From Nitrosopumilus sp. (GTDB lineage Archaea > Thermoproteota > Nitrososphaeria > Nitrososphaerales > Nitrosopumilaceae), in assembly GCA_965197525.1 (NCBI GenBank), contig OZ240211.1, forward strand, positions 1,248,001 through 1,312,000: DNA of 64,000 nucleotides. Direction: 5' to 3'. Shown in pieces: positions 18,582 to 29,676 of this stretch. The notes beneath the pieces are model-generated. The model searched no databases. It saw only the letters and a list, made by a program, of their open reading frames with translations, and was not told where the DNA came from. Both the position numbers and the translations under genes were made by a program. Each line of letters opens with the position of its first letter. Positions within the stretch are counted from its first letter, which is position 1.

Positions 18582-19556
18582 TTGGAGAAGAAGATACCAT
18601 ACCAAAAACCGAAGAGGTATTCTCTCTCCGATAAAATATTCAAGCTTGCAGTGACAATAGCAGGCGTCTTTGTTTTAGTTATGATTGCGTTGCTAGTCTT
18701 TGAGCTGGTTGCTGAATCCTACCCAATCTGGGAAGAAGAAGGATTGTCGTTTATCACAAAGACGGATTGGAATGCAGTAGAGGGAAGGGAATCGTTTGGC
18801 GTACTGCCGTATATCTTGGGTACGCTAGTTACAGCATCTCTTGCAATGCTGATTGGGGTTCCACTAAGTATCGGAATTGCAATGTTTATCTCTGATGCGC
18901 CTGCCAAGATTGGTGGTCCATTAGGTTTTGTAGTTGAGCTTTTAGCTGCTGTTCCTAGTGTAATTTATGGCCTATGGGGGCTCTTTATATTTAGAATTTA
19001 TTTCAAAGATTGGATTGAAGAACCACTACATGAGGCATTTGGTGATTCAATATTTTTATTTTCAGGAACGCCGTTTGGACTAGATATTTTGACTGCAAGT
19101 GTTATCTTGGCTATTATGATTATTCCTACGGTATCTGCAGTATCGCGTGAGGTAATGAAAGCAGTCCCACAACAGCAAAAGGAGGCAGCGTACATGTTAG
19201 GTGCAACAAAATGGGAAATGTTTAGACTGGCCATATTCCCATTCTCAAAGACAGGATTGATTGGAGCATCTATCCTTGGATTAGGCAGAGCGGTGGGAGA
19301 AACAATGGCAGTAACTATGCTAATTGGAAACGCTACAGGCATCGCTGCAATTCCATCTTCTTTCTTCAAAGCAAGTCAAACGATGCCTAGTATTATTGCA
19401 AATGAATTTGTAGAAGCGTCTCCTGCGTCGTTGCATCTGCCTGCGCTGATTGGAGTTGCTCTAGTTCTGTTACTAATTGCAATGGCTATCAATATTGTTG
19501 CACATGTTTTAGTTACAAGAATGCTCAAAGTAAATGAGGGAGCAATCAATAATTGA
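18582..19556 (+). CDS. pstC: Phosphate ABC transporter permease
   Basis: VELLAAVPSVIYGLWG, LGLGRAVGETMAV. Confidence 0.95.
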   Translation: MEKKIPYQKPKRYSLSDKIFKLAVTIAGVFVLVMIALLVFELVAESYPIWEEEGLSFITKTDWNAVEGRESFGVLPYILGTLVTASLAMLIGVPLSIGIAMFISDAPAKIGGPLGFVVELLAAVPSVIYGLWGLFIFRIYFKDWIEEPLHEAFGDSIFLFSGTPFGLDILTASVILAIMIIPTVSAVSREVMKAVPQQQKEAAYMLGATKWEMFRLAIFPFSKTGLIGASILGLGRAVGETMAVTMLIGNATGIAAIPSSFFKASQTMPSIIANEFVEASPASLHLPALIGVALVLLLIAMAINIVAHVLVTRMLKVNEGAINN

Positions 19557-20488
19557 CTGCCGATATTGCAGTTAGAAGACAAGAGTATAGGAAACTCTTC
19601 AAACAGAATGTAAAGAAGAGATTACTAGTCGATAAGATAGTAAAGATCATCATCATCTCATGTGTTATAATAGCAATCATTCCATTGGGTAGTATTCTAA
19701 TCGAAGTCTTCAAAAATGGTGTAGCGGCAATAAGTTATGAATTTTTAACAGAGACTCCTGGAGCTATAGGTTCGGGCGAGGGCGGAATTGGGCCGGCAAT
19801 TCAAGGTACTCTGATAATAATTGGATTAGCGAGTTTAATTGGAGTTCCGATAGGTGTAATGTCTGGGATTTACTTATCAGAGTATGATAACAATCAACTC
19901 ACAAAATCTATCAGATTTTTTAATGATGTCTTTATGGAGTTTCCATCAATCGTATTGGGGATATTTGCATTCTTGGTAATTGTTTTGATTCTTGGACATT
20001 TTTCAGTCTGGGCTGGTGCGTTTGCATTAGCTTTAATCATGTTTCCTATTGTAGGAAGAACCACAGAAGAATCCCTAAAGATGGTTCCAATCACGTATCG
20101 TGAAGCAGGAACAGCTTTAGGTTTGAAAAAATGGGTGATAACATTCAGAATTGTCATCTCTGCTGCAAAGAGCGGAATGATTACTGGGATTTTACTCTCT
20201 GTTTCCAGAATTGGTGGTGAGACTGCTCCTTTGATAATGACGATTCTTGGGAGTAGTCAATTCTTTAGCGGTCTGGATGTTCCTATGGATGCCTTGCCTT
20301 TAAGAATATGGAGACTGTCTCTATTGCCTTATGATAGTGCACAGCTACAGGGTTGGGGCGCTGCTCTGGTCTTAATCATAATTATTCTAGGAATTAATCT
20401 TGGTGTCAGATACTTTTTTGCAAATAGAGGTAACAGGTTTGGATTCTCCAAACAATTAATTAAAAAAGGGATAGGTAGAAGATATTGA
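19553..20488 (+). CDS. pstA: Phosphate ABC transporter permease
   Basis: [26 protein letters not shown]. Confidence 0.95.
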   Translation: MTADIAVRRQEYRKLFKQNVKKRLLVDKIVKIIIISCVIIAIIPLGSILIEVFKNGVAAISYEFLTETPGAIGSGEGGIGPAIQGTLIIIGLASLIGVPIGVMSGIYLSEYDNNQLTKSIRFFNDVFMEFPSIVLGIFAFLVIVLILGHFSVWAGAFALALIMFPIVGRTTEESLKMVPITYREAGTALGLKKWVITFRIVISAAKSGMITGILLSVSRIGGETAPLIMTILGSSQFFSGLDVPMDALPLRIWRLSLLPYDSAQLQGWGAALVLIIIILGINLGVRYFFANRGNRFGFSKQLIKKGIGRRY

Positions 20489-21321
20489 TAGCGTTGAGTG
20501 TTAAACCAACTGTGGTGGAAAGAAAAATCTCTTCTTCAAGGCCGCAAATAGACGTTGATTCTGAGAAATACAAGATGATAGCAGAAGATGTAACAATTAG
20601 CTACAATGGAGTCAAGGCTGTCAAAAACATCACGATGAAGTTTAAAGAAAAATCAGTTACAGCATTAATTGGCCCTTCGGGTTGTGGAAAGACCACGTTT
20701 CTTCGCTGTCTTAACAGAATGCATGATATGACAAAAAATGCAGTCGTAACCGGTAAGGTGATGATTGACGATATTGACTTGTATGACAAGTCAATTGATC
20801 CTATTTATCATAGACGGAAAGTCGGCATGGTCTTTCAGAAGCCAAATCCATTTCCAACAATGTCCATCTATGATAATGTTGTAGCAGGTTTAAAACTAAA
20901 TGGAATCCGAGATAAAAAAATCCTAAACGAGATTACAGAAGATTCCTTAAAGATGGCATATTTGTGGGATGAAGTCAAAGATGATCTTAAAAAATCTGCA
21001 ATGGAGTTATCGGGAGGACAGCAGCAACGTCTCTGTATTGCAAGAGCACTTGCAATTCAACCGGAGGTTTTGTTGATGGATGAGCCTGCATCGGCCTTGG
21101 ATCCAATTGCTACTCAAAAGATAGAAGAGACCATTACTGAATTAAAGAAAGATTATACAATAATTATTGTAACTCATAATATGCAACAAGCAGTAAGATT
21201 GTCAGACTATACTGGATTTATGTATCTAGGAGATTTGGTTGAATTTAGAGAGACAAAAAAATTGTTTACGGACCCAAAGAATGAGTTAACTGCAAAGTAT
21301 GTGCAAGGGCAGTTTGGTTAA
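20485..21321 (+). CDS. pstB: Phosphate ABC transporter ATPase
   Basis: [40 protein letters not shown]. Confidence 0.96.
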   Translation: MIALSVKPTVVERKISSSRPQIDVDSEKYKMIAEDVTISYNGVKAVKNITMKFKEKSVTALIGPSGCGKTTFLRCLNRMHDMTKNAVVTGKVMIDDIDLYDKSIDPIYHRRKVGMVFQKPNPFPTMSIYDNVVAGLKLNGIRDKKILNEITEDSLKMAYLWDEVKDDLKKSAMELSGGQQQRLCIARALAIQPEVLLMDEPASALDPIATQKIEETITELKKDYTIIIVTHNMQQAVRLSDYTGFMYLGDLVEFRETKKLFTDPKNELTAKYVQGQFG

Positions 21322-21993
21322 ATGACTCGGTTAATTGATCCCTCGTTACAAAAACTCTCGTTTATCATGGCAGAGATGGGAGACATGGTTATTGAATCAA
21401 TCTCATTAGCCACTGACTCTTATCTTGATGGTACAAATACCATGGACAAGGTTTTGGCGTTATCTGATGCTATTCGTTCAAAATATTTCGAAGTCGAGGA
21501 TTTGACGTTTGATATGCTGTTACGATTTCAGCCTGTCGCAGATGATTTTCGACTGATTCGCTCCTCCACTGAAATTTCTTATGCATTTTCAAGATTTGGA
21601 AGATATGCATATGACATCACTCAAGTCAGGGATCTGTTTGGGGATGTCTCAGAATGTACTAACGCATCTCTTATCGAATGCACAAAAAAAGTCAAACATA
21701 TGATTAAAGAGGCCGTATTGTCATTTGCAGAATTGGATGTACGAAAAGCAATTAAGATTAGAGAGGATGAGAAGACAATTGATCAAATATATAGAGACAG
21801 ACTCGGGAAATTAATCCAATCAAAGAATACAAAATGCGCTCTTGCCGAAGTGCTGTTGTTAAGATATTTGGAACGTATTGGAGATCATGCAGTCTTTATG
21901 AGTGATGCTATAAACTACATAGTAACAGGGAAACATAGACCCAGTGAGAAACGAATAGAATCGCATTTGAAACAAGATCAAGACAAATCCTGA
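21322..21993 (+). CDS. phoU: Phosphate transport regulator PhoU
   Basis: QPVADDFR, RYLERIGDHA; follows pstB. Confidence 0.9.
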   Translation: MTRLIDPSLQKLSFIMAEMGDMVIESISLATDSYLDGTNTMDKVLALSDAIRSKYFEVEDLTFDMLLRFQPVADDFRLIRSSTEISYAFSRFGRYAYDITQVRDLFGDVSECTNASLIECTKKVKHMIKEAVLSFAELDVRKAIKIREDEKTIDQIYRDRLGKLIQSKNTKCALAEVLLLRYLERIGDHAVFMSDAINYIVTGKHRPSEKRIESHLKQDQDKS

Positions 21994-22158
21994 TTGCGTG
22001 CATAGGTGTAATCAGTATGTTGAAGTTGTGTGCGAATCTATTTTTTTGTAAAGTTTGATAGATTAGTCTACAAGCAGATCTTGGCTTGTATTTTAATAGA
22101 TATGATTAATCTAAGTGCTAGTACAAAATAGAGTAGAAAAATAAAGAATTGTATTCGA

Positions 22159-22632
22159 CTATTCCAGTATGGATCGTAGCATCCATGCTGTTTTTTCATG
22201 CTTTTCAATGAGTGCTGTAAGAAAATCTTCGGTGCCTACATCGTTGTGTCTCTCACAAGACACGACATCCTGGCGGAGTGTACGAATGATTTTTTCATGA
22301 TCAGATAACAGATTTTGAATCATGATGCCAGCTGAAGGATAATCTTTAGGAGCTTCTTCTAATCTTGTACTATCTACAAATTCGTGTAGAGTTCCAGGAG
22401 ATTTTGCTCCTAATGATCTAATTCTTTCTGCAATATCATCGATATCACTGTCGATCTCATCGTATTGTTCCTCAAACATCTTGTGATATTCACTAAAATC
22501 TGACCCAGTTACGTTCCAATGATAGTTTCTAGTCTTGGTGTAAAGAACATACTCGTCAGCCAAGAGTTTTGAGAGAATGTCGACCACGCCTGTACGATCT
22601 TGTTCTTTGATGCCTATGTTTACATCAGTCAT
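22159..22632 (-). CDS. dps: Dps (DNA-protecting miniferritin)
   Basis: LYTKTRNYHWNVTG, H..FEEQY, D.IAERIRSLG, HEKTAWML. Confidence 0.95.
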   Translation of the reverse strand: MTDVNIGIKEQDRTGVVDILSKLLADEYVLYTKTRNYHWNVTGSDFSEYHKMFEEQYDEIDSDIDDIAERIRSLGAKSPGTLHEFVDSTRLEEAPKDYPSAGIMIQNLLSDHEKIIRTLRQDVVSCERHNDVGTEDFLTALIEKHEKTAWMLRSILE

Positions 22633-22671
22633 ACAATAGTATGATATTTATTCTTAATTAAATGTTATTAA

Positions 22672-22683
22672 TAATAATTATTA
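22672..22683. promoter_or_regulatory. Fur/Per-box-like palindrome TAATAATTATTA between divergent dps and fur-family genes
   Basis: Perfect 12-bp palindrome of AAT hexamer character next to the dps TATA box (22655-22662). Confidence 0.55.
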
Positions 22684-22725
22684 AAAGAGAATAGATATTA
22701 AATAGAAAATCTAATCACAAATACA

Positions 22726-23151
22726 ATGCAACAACTAGAACAGATTATAAAATCATTAAAGGATAAAGGTCTCAGAATTACTCCACAGAGAACTGCAATC
22801 ATGCACTATCTGTTAAATACGGTAGAGCATCCCAGTGCTGAGCAAATTTACAAAAAAATTCGACAGAGTTATCCGATGATAAGCTTGTCGACAGTATACA
22901 AAACGTTAGACATGTTAAAAGAGAAAGAGATGGTAAATGGAATTGAAGTTCAAGGAGAGATGAGGTTTGATGCACATATAGATGAGCACCTAAATTTAAT
23001 CTGTATTGATTGTGGAAAAATCAAAGATGTTGACGAAGGTTCAATAAAAGAGATCCGAAAACGGGCTGCCGGTAAATCAAGGTATCGTATCTTAAAGAGT
23101 AATTTTGAATTGTTTGGGTATTGTAATGTTTGTAAATCAAAATTCAAGTAG
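22726..23151 (+). CDS. Fur-family regulator (PerR-like)
   Basis: GLRITPQR, HPSAEQIY, ISLSTVYKTL, HLNLICIDCG, GYCNVC. Confidence 0.92.
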   Translation: MQQLEQIIKSLKDKGLRITPQRTAIMHYLLNTVEHPSAEQIYKKIRQSYPMISLSTVYKTLDMLKEKEMVNGIEVQGEMRFDAHIDEHLNLICIDCGKIKDVDEGSIKEIRKRAAGKSRYRILKSNFELFGYCNVCKSKFK

Positions 23152-23393
23152 GTTGTTTAGAGTATAACATTATAAAAAAATTCTTGCGTAATATAATAGA
23201 ATTGAGATGATAGTGGAATAATTAATTGCTAGTTCCTAAAAATAAAGAGAATGGCACATCAACACTGATATGTATAATATATGATACATTTTAGGCACCA
23301 AACAATCATTATTTGCATGTATTCAGCCTAAATCGTGTTATTGGTTAATCTGATAAATTAAGATTTATAACTAAATCGAGTAAAAAAACATAG

Positions 23394-23792
23394 ATGGAGC
23401 TAGTAAAACAGGTCATCAAAGAGATTGGAACCAAGACAAGAGAGTTTTATGAGTTTGTCCTGCCTCCTATTGATATGTATCTAAACGATGATAGCCTCAA
23501 GGTGGTAATTGACATTCCGGGATTTGAGAAAAAAGATATCAAACTAACACTGTCTGAGAATATTCTATCAATTAAAGCTGCAAAGACGGGGGGAAAGGAG
23601 GATGATCAGAAAGATGGGAAAACACAGACGCCTGTAGTAAATCAGAGACCAAACATCATTGATAAGAAGATCAGATTGCCAGTTGAGATTAAACAGGGTG
23701 AAGAAGAGATAGAATCTGCCAAATTAAAGGACGGAGTACTTGTATTGATTATTCCAGTAAAGAAAACAGGCAAGGATATTTCAATAGAGTGA
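23394..23792 (+). CDS. hsp20: Small heat-shock protein (Hsp20)
   Basis: Alpha-crystallin domain (VVIDIPGFEKKDI, AKLKDGVLVLIIP); TTTATAA 30 nt upstream. Confidence 0.9.
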   Translation: MELVKQVIKEIGTKTREFYEFVLPPIDMYLNDDSLKVVIDIPGFEKKDIKLTLSENILSIKAAKTGGKEDDQKDGKTQTPVVNQRPNIIDKKIRLPVEIKQGEEEIESAKLKDGVLVLIIPVKKTGKDISIE

Positions 23793-23797
23793 AACAT

Positions 23798-25372
23798 CTA
23801 ATGTCTTCTAAATAATGCAGAGATTGTCATTATGATGCCAGAGCTGATCATGCCTACTGAGCCTAAAAGTTCGTTTATCTGAAATAGGTATACAGACCCA
23901 AGAAAGATAGAAGAGGCAAATATACTACCGCCAATTAAAACCGTAGGTCTTCTCTTGTTTTGCATATAGAACTGTGATTTATCAAGAAATTGTTCCATCT
24001 CTGGTGCAATTCGGAGCAAGGATTCAACGGATTTAGAAAAAGTAGTAAAAGAAGATTTGAGCTCTTCAACATATCCCCTTGTCATAAGATCCTCTTCTTC
24101 AAATATATTCCTCAACACCTTGACGAATTTGAAATCAACATTATGTGTTTTGTAAATCCCTTCAATTATTGATGCCATTCTCATATACAGCGCTAAATTT
24201 TTTGGCAGCATAAAGGGAAATTTACTCATTGTTTGATTTGCAAGCTCCATCAAACTTTGAACTTCCATCTCATCCGGCCTATTACCATGCATAGCACGAA
24301 TTGATAATTCAATTCCCCGTTCAATTATCATCCTATTAAAGTCAGGTGTCAGCATTCCCAGATCATTCATAGCGTTCACAACGCGGGCAGGATTTTTTTC
24401 AACGAGGGCAAGATAAAGTCGAATTAGTCTAAATCTGGTATCATTGTTTATTTTCCCGACCATCCCATAGTCATATAATATCAACCGCCCATCATTTGTA
24501 ACTGAGATGTTTCCTGGATGTGGGTCTGCGTGAAAGATTGAGTGCTTGAGAAGCATTGTAAAGAAGATTTTGTGAACGTCAACAACTAGTTGTTCTCGAT
24601 TGATGCCCATTTCGTTCAAATCTTTGACGTTGGTAACTTTGATGCCTGGAAGATACTCCATTGTTAGTACGTTTTTGGAGGAGAGATCGTCGAAAACCGT
24701 TGGTACAACTACCTTGCGATTTGACTTCAGATTTTCCTTGATCTTCTTCAAATTTTTGGATTCAATGTTATAATCCATCTCTTCGTAGATTGTTTCGATA
24801 AACTGAGATAGCATTGCCTTTGCAGAGTAGCGTAAGTTGGGATCAACGAATCTTAGTCCCAGCGGAAGTATCTTCTTTAAAACTTTGATATCTTTTGCAA
24901 CAATGTTCTCAATACCGGGTCTTTTTACTTTGATGACAATCTGTTTGCCTGAGACTGATCCTCGATAGACCTGACCTAATGACGCACCTGAGATTGGGTT
25001 TGTATCTATCTCGTCGAATCTATCAGTAAGTGATCCTAGATCATTTTCTATAATTGGTTTTACTTGTGTAAAAGGAGCAGAAGGAACACTATCTTGTAGT
25101 TTCGAGAGTTCAGCCAAGTATGGTTGAGGCAAGATATCTGCTCTTGACGAAAGCCATTGTCCTAGTTTGATGTACACAGGTCCCAATGAAACGAATGTTG
25201 CAAGTGTCTTGCGAGCATTGTTTCTAAATGGTTCCAGATCCAACTCGTATTTTTGTTTTTGATCTTGATCTTTTTGGCGAATCCATTTTTTTCGATCTCG
25301 ACGTAATGCAAGAAATGTGGGTAACAGTTTTAGCAGGACTTTGAGTGCTCTAATAGTATACATCTGATTCAC
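23798..25372 (-). CDS. AarF/UbiB (ABC1) family kinase
   Basis: LGPVYIKLGQ, ASLGQVY, VIKVKRPG, FHADPHPGN, YDYGMVG. Confidence 0.93.
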   Translation of the reverse strand: MNQMYTIRALKVLLKLLPTFLALRRDRKKWIRQKDQDQKQKYELDLEPFRNNARKTLATFVSLGPVYIKLGQWLSSRADILPQPYLAELSKLQDSVPSAPFTQVKPIIENDLGSLTDRFDEIDTNPISGASLGQVYRGSVSGKQIVIKVKRPGIENIVAKDIKVLKKILPLGLRFVDPNLRYSAKAMLSQFIETIYEEMDYNIESKNLKKIKENLKSNRKVVVPTVFDDLSSKNVLTMEYLPGIKVTNVKDLNEMGINREQLVVDVHKIFFTMLLKHSIFHADPHPGNISVTNDGRLILYDYGMVGKINNDTRFRLIRLYLALVEKNPARVVNAMNDLGMLTPDFNRMIIERGIELSIRAMHGNRPDEMEVQSLMELANQTMSKFPFMLPKNLALYMRMASIIEGIYKTHNVDFKFVKVLRNIFEEEDLMTRGYVEELKSSFTTFSKSVESLLRIAPEMEQFLDKSQFYMQNKRRPTVLIGGSIFASSIFLGSVYLFQINELLGSVGMISSGIIMTISALFRRH

Positions 25373-25752
25373 TCCAAATATTTTTTAATTTTCTTTGTAG
25401 TAGAATATCCTGCATAACCAGAAACAATGGATGTAATCAAGCTAAAAGCACGATCAGGATTTGTTGGTGATTTATTATGAATGTATTTTTTAATTGCAGA
25501 CGCAGTAAATATACCACATGCCAATCCAACCAAGACTTCAGGCGCATCATGGACTAAATGGCCTATGGGATCTTTTCTGGGATCAATTTTATCGACATGC
25601 ACTAAAAATTTATCATCATATTCACGTATGTGTAAATTACCATAGCGGTACTGTCTTTTAGAACCGTTGCTTTTGCCAAGAAGGGTTACCTCTGCACCTT
25701 CTAACATGAACTCACGTAACTCTTTTGGGACAACTATCTCATCACCGGACAT
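25369..25752 (-). CDS. Conserved hypothetical protein
   Basis: HIREYDDKFLVHVDKIDPRKDPIGHLVHDAPE; coupled to the downstream gene. Confidence 0.75.
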   Translation of the reverse strand: MSGDEIVVPKELREFMLEGAEVTLLGKSNGSKRQYRYGNLHIREYDDKFLVHVDKIDPRKDPIGHLVHDAPEVLVGLACGIFTASAIKKYIHNKSPTNPDRAFSLITSIVSGYAGYSTTKKIKKYLE

Positions 25753-25929
25753 GATACAAATAGTTCGTAATTGTTTATAACCCTACGCAGTGTCACAGAA
25801 AAGGATTGAGGCTAATATTCAAGAGTTAAATAAAATTGATATCAGCAGATGGGAAATTTTTTGCTAAACATTATGTATAGTTAAAAGAGATTTTTAAATT
25901 ATACATATGTTGAAATTGTTAGAACGATT

Positions 25930-26121
25930 TTATGATTTTAATTGATTTTTTGTAAACGTGTAAAAAGCAATTGAAAATGCTGCAAGCATTAGAATTCCAG
26001 TTATGTATGCAAAGTTAAAATCTGTCGCAAAAACTTTTTGCTGGCTAGAGTAATTATTTATCAGAATTGTTAATAATAACAAGATTAATCCAAGAATGGT
26101 TAGTCTACGATGAGTTTGCAT
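25930..26121 (-). CDS. Small two-TM membrane protein
   Basis: Two hydrophobic segments. Confidence 0.55.
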   Translation of the reverse strand: MQTHRRLTILGLILLLLTILINNYSSQQKVFATDFNFAYITGILMLAAFSIAFYTFTKNQLKS

Positions 26122-26368
26122 ATTGCTACTATTTCAAAATTAATTACGAATTTATACGCTGTTAAATCTGTAGACGTTCTCAGATTTTCGTATTTTTTTT
26201 AAAGCTAAAATTTGAATGTAAGGTGATAAACCCTCAAAGCAAAAAGTTCGATGTGAAGGAAGATGAGATAAAGTAATAATAGTTCTGATTGTTGTCCTAA
26301 TATTAACACGTCATCAAACATCCGATAAATACAAAAGCGCGTTGTACTGGAGACAGGATTTTATCATA

Positions 26369-27673
26369 TTATCCATCATCTGCGCGTCTTTTGCGTTTAG
26401 CTACTATAATAGCTACAACTATGGCTGCTACTATAATAGCTCCAATAATCATTGTATCATAGTCTACTGCTGATGTCTCTTCGATGACTGGTTCGTTGAT
26501 AAAGATGGTTTGTTGCTGAGTTAAAAAGATCTCATCTCTGAGACTGTTTTTGTATCTTAGAGTAATTGTGATATCGTGCTCGCCGTATCTTGGTTCGCCA
26601 TCAAATTCGACTGGAATGTTAAATGGGACCGGGGCGTCAGTCTCAATCTCATCAATAAATTGAGTATTAGGTTTAATATTTGAGCCATCATCCGGCTCAA
26701 CAGTTACAAAACCAAACAATCCACGTTGATTGCCCTCGTTAATTATCTCACCGACAATCACTTGAACATCAGATAGTTCAATTACATCAACATTAAAGAT
26801 GGTAAGATCAATTAGACCCTGCACGTAAAAATCAACTGATTTTGATATCTGCCGTGCTTCGCCATATACATCATAATAGGTAATAGATATAGGAATATGC
26901 AGAGTGTCTCCGATTAGGGATTCTGGGACATATACACTGGTACTGATGTATGCAGTTGATTGGGGATCAACATTGCCAATATGCCAGCTTGAATCAGACA
27001 TTACAATCTTTTCTATATTCATATTTGATGGTTGTGAGGATGCCATAAGATCAGATTGGGTGTTTTCTACAACAACATTGACGTTGGAGATTGGAGCAGT
27101 GCCATCGTTTGTAATTTCAATTACGATGTCGTTTGATTGTAAAGATGTAAGGAATGGTTCTGTAGATTTGACATTTATCACGCTATCGCCTGTCACTTTA
27201 AAGTCAAAGCTAACGAATGTTGTACGAATGCCGGATTCTCTCAAGCGAGAATAATCAACTTTAATAGTTCCTGGATATTCTTGAATTCGTACATTTTGAT
27301 CTATATTCACAGAGAAAGTAAGATAAAAGTCTTCACCGGTTATAGCATTAGCATTACCATCAGAATTAATGATGGCATTTGATCCCGCAGATGACGAGGA
27401 TGAGAAGCCTAATGGGAGTGATAGCTGACCGCTAATACCTGTAATATCATTGCTTCCGATGTTAACTAATACCACTGTAAATGGAACGTTGTTATCGCCG
27501 CTATCAACCTGTATTTTATTACCAGGAGTGCCAAAGTACGCATCAATGTATTTGATATCGCCAAAATCCCTATCAGAAGATGAGCCTGTAATAATCTGAG
27601 CAAAAGAATCATCAAAGATAAGTGGCATCAACGAACCAACTGCGATCACTAGTAGTATTACTTTAAAAGTCAT
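26369..27673 (-). CDS. COG1361-type S-layer/cell-surface protein
   Basis: Signal peptide, beta-rich Ig-like segments (TNDGTAPISNV, GEIINEGN), C-terminal TM + KRKRR. Confidence 0.8.
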   Translation of the reverse strand: MTFKVILLVIAVGSLMPLIFDDSFAQIITGSSSDRDFGDIKYIDAYFGTPGNKIQVDSGDNNVPFTVVLVNIGSNDITGISGQLSLPLGFSSSSSAGSNAIINSDGNANAITGEDFYLTFSVNIDQNVRIQEYPGTIKVDYSRLRESGIRTTFVSFDFKVTGDSVINVKSTEPFLTSLQSNDIVIEITNDGTAPISNVNVVVENTQSDLMASSQPSNMNIEKIVMSDSSWHIGNVDPQSTAYISTSVYVPESLIGDTLHIPISITYYDVYGEARQISKSVDFYVQGLIDLTIFNVDVIELSDVQVIVGEIINEGNQRGLFGFVTVEPDDGSNIKPNTQFIDEIETDAPVPFNIPVEFDGEPRYGEHDITITLRYKNSLRDEIFLTQQQTIFINEPVIEETSAVDYDTMIIGAIIVAAIVVAIIVAKRKRRADDG

Positions 27674-28383
27674 GATGCAATAATCTCACCTATATTTGAC
27701 ATTTGATCTTCATCATACGCCTTACCATCTTTAATTGTTATTACCCTGTCAACATTACCAAAATGTTCTCTATCGTGCGTTACTATGATGAATGTTTGGT
27801 TAAGCTTCTCTGCCATAGATTTCATTAACGCAATGGTGGTTTCTGAAGTTAACGAATCAAGATTACCAGTTGGTTCATCAGCAAGTACGACAGATGGTTT
27901 GTTGATTAATCCTCTTGCAAGAGCCGCTCTTTGAGCTTGACCTCCTGAAATTTGATTTGCACGCTGATGCATTTGAGGTTCCAACCCAACTGCTTTTAGC
28001 AGATCTTTAGCATCTTTACGAGTATGATTAGTGTTGCCTGCAATTTGATTTGGTAACATTACATTTTCCAAAACCGATATGTCGCTTAACAGGTTGGAGA
28101 ATTGGAATATGAATCCTAATTTCTTATTTCTAAATGAAGATATTGCACCATCACCTAACTTCTTAACATTTATTCCGTCGATAAAGATCTCTCCTGCTGT
28201 AGGTTTATCTAATAGTCCTATCAGATTTAGCAATGTGGATTTACCAGATCCTGAACTTCCAACAATTAAAACAACATCACCACGGTTAACTGAAAACGAT
28301 ACATTATCCAAAGCCTTTACTCTATTGTTACCTCGTCCGTAAACTTTGGTGAGATTTTTAATATCTAGTACAAGATCAGACAG
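27670..28383 (-). CDS. ABC transporter ATP-binding protein (LolD/MacB-like)
   Basis: GSSGSGKST, ISGGQAQR, LADEPTGNLD. The frame is open upstream of the listed TTG (28311) to a CTG at 28383 (SDLVLDIKNLTKVYG). Confidence 0.9.
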   Translation of the reverse strand: MSDLVLDIKNLTKVYGRGNNRVKALDNVSFSVNRGDVVLIVGSSGSGKSTLLNLIGLLDKPTAGEIFIDGINVKKLGDGAISSFRNKKLGFIFQFSNLLSDISVLENVMLPNQIAGNTNHTRKDAKDLLKAVGLEPQMHQRANQISGGQAQRAALARGLINKPSVVLADEPTGNLDSLTSETTIALMKSMAEKLNQTFIIVTHDREHFGNVDRVITIKDGKAYDEDQMSNIGEIIAS

Positions 28384-29563
28384 TTCTCATCGCCTCTACT
28401 GGAAGTAGCCTTGTGGCTTTATACGACGGGTACAACGACGCAGCTACTGCCAAAACAAATGACGTAATAGCAGTTTGGATGATCTTTTCCCAATTATAGG
28501 TTACCTCAAGGGGGATACTGTTGTTAAATGACATCTTTGTCTCTTTAGCATATACGGTATAGCCCAATCCTGCAGCAGTGCCAACACCTGCACCAACTAC
28601 TCCAATTATCATTCCTTGGAAGAGAAATATGATAAGAATGTCCTTTCGTTTAGCACCAATTGCTCTCATAATACCGATCTCTTTAGTTTTGCCGTTGACT
28701 AGCATTGTCTGAATAGTAACAATGGCAAATGCAGATGACATCATACCAAAGTATCCTATTATAGTGATCATGGCTATACCAGACCTAAAACCAGCAAGTT
28801 GTTCTTCTGCTGATTCCTCTGTAGTTTCTGCAACAAAGGAGTCATTAGGGAATGAACGCAAAAAGAATTCTTTGATCTCGTATGCTCTGGAGGGATCGTT
28901 TAATTTTATCATAAATGATCCTGTGGCATCACTCCTACCTAACATATCACGTAGAGTATCAATATGTAGAACTACTGTATAGTCAAATCCTTGGCCGCCA
29001 GGTGACTCAGCTATACCAGAGACAGTAAATCGTCTTACCTGATCCACACCATGGCGGTCAACTATCAAAACTTTGACGCTATCACCAACTTGAGCACCTC
29101 CGAGATCTTGTGCAACATTAGACCCCAAAACAATGGAATTTCGTGAAAACACGTAACTCCCATCAACAATAGTTTCATGAACAGTGGATGCCTGAATGTC
29201 GCGGAAAGGATCGACGCCAACCATTGGTACTCTAGTCTCCTGATACAAATTACCATTCTTCGTCATATTCAGCTCTCCAGTTGATGAAAGCCGCGGCGCC
29301 GCTGCTTGCACATATGGAATTCTTTCAAACCAATTTACAATAGATAGATCAGATTTTGTAATGTAATCAGATTCATCAGTAACAAGAAGATCGCCATTTC
29401 TATAATCAGCAATATCCCGGACTATTGCATCAAAGAGACCTTGAAATATTACAAAATTGACATGGACTACTAAAATTCCAATTGTTACAGCTAAAACAGC
29501 GGCAATCAAACTACCTTTTTTATTAAACAACATCTTTTTTGCTAAACGTAGTCTGTATTCCAC
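28376..29563 (-). CDS. ABC transporter permease (FtsX/LolE-like)
   Basis: KEIGIMRAIGAKRKDI..IFLFQG; MacB periplasmic-core plus TM architecture. Confidence 0.9.
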   Translation of the reverse strand: MEYRLRLAKKMLFNKKGSLIAAVLAVTIGILVVHVNFVIFQGLFDAIVRDIADYRNGDLLVTDESDYITKSDLSIVNWFERIPYVQAAAPRLSSTGELNMTKNGNLYQETRVPMVGVDPFRDIQASTVHETIVDGSYVFSRNSIVLGSNVAQDLGGAQVGDSVKVLIVDRHGVDQVRRFTVSGIAESPGGQGFDYTVVLHIDTLRDMLGRSDATGSFMIKLNDPSRAYEIKEFFLRSFPNDSFVAETTEESAEEQLAGFRSGIAMITIIGYFGMMSSAFAIVTIQTMLVNGKTKEIGIMRAIGAKRKDILIIFLFQGMIIGVVGAGVGTAAGLGYTVYAKETKMSFNNSIPLEVTYNWEKIIQTAITSFVLAVAASLYPSYKATRLLPVEAMRTV

Positions 29564-29676
29564 AAGTTAGATTGCGTACTCTGTTATTTAATAGGTGTGA
29601 GGTACCGACATATTTTAGACAATTTTATATCGTATTAGTTAAATTCATACTATGGTGAAGTAAAATAAGTGGCAAA

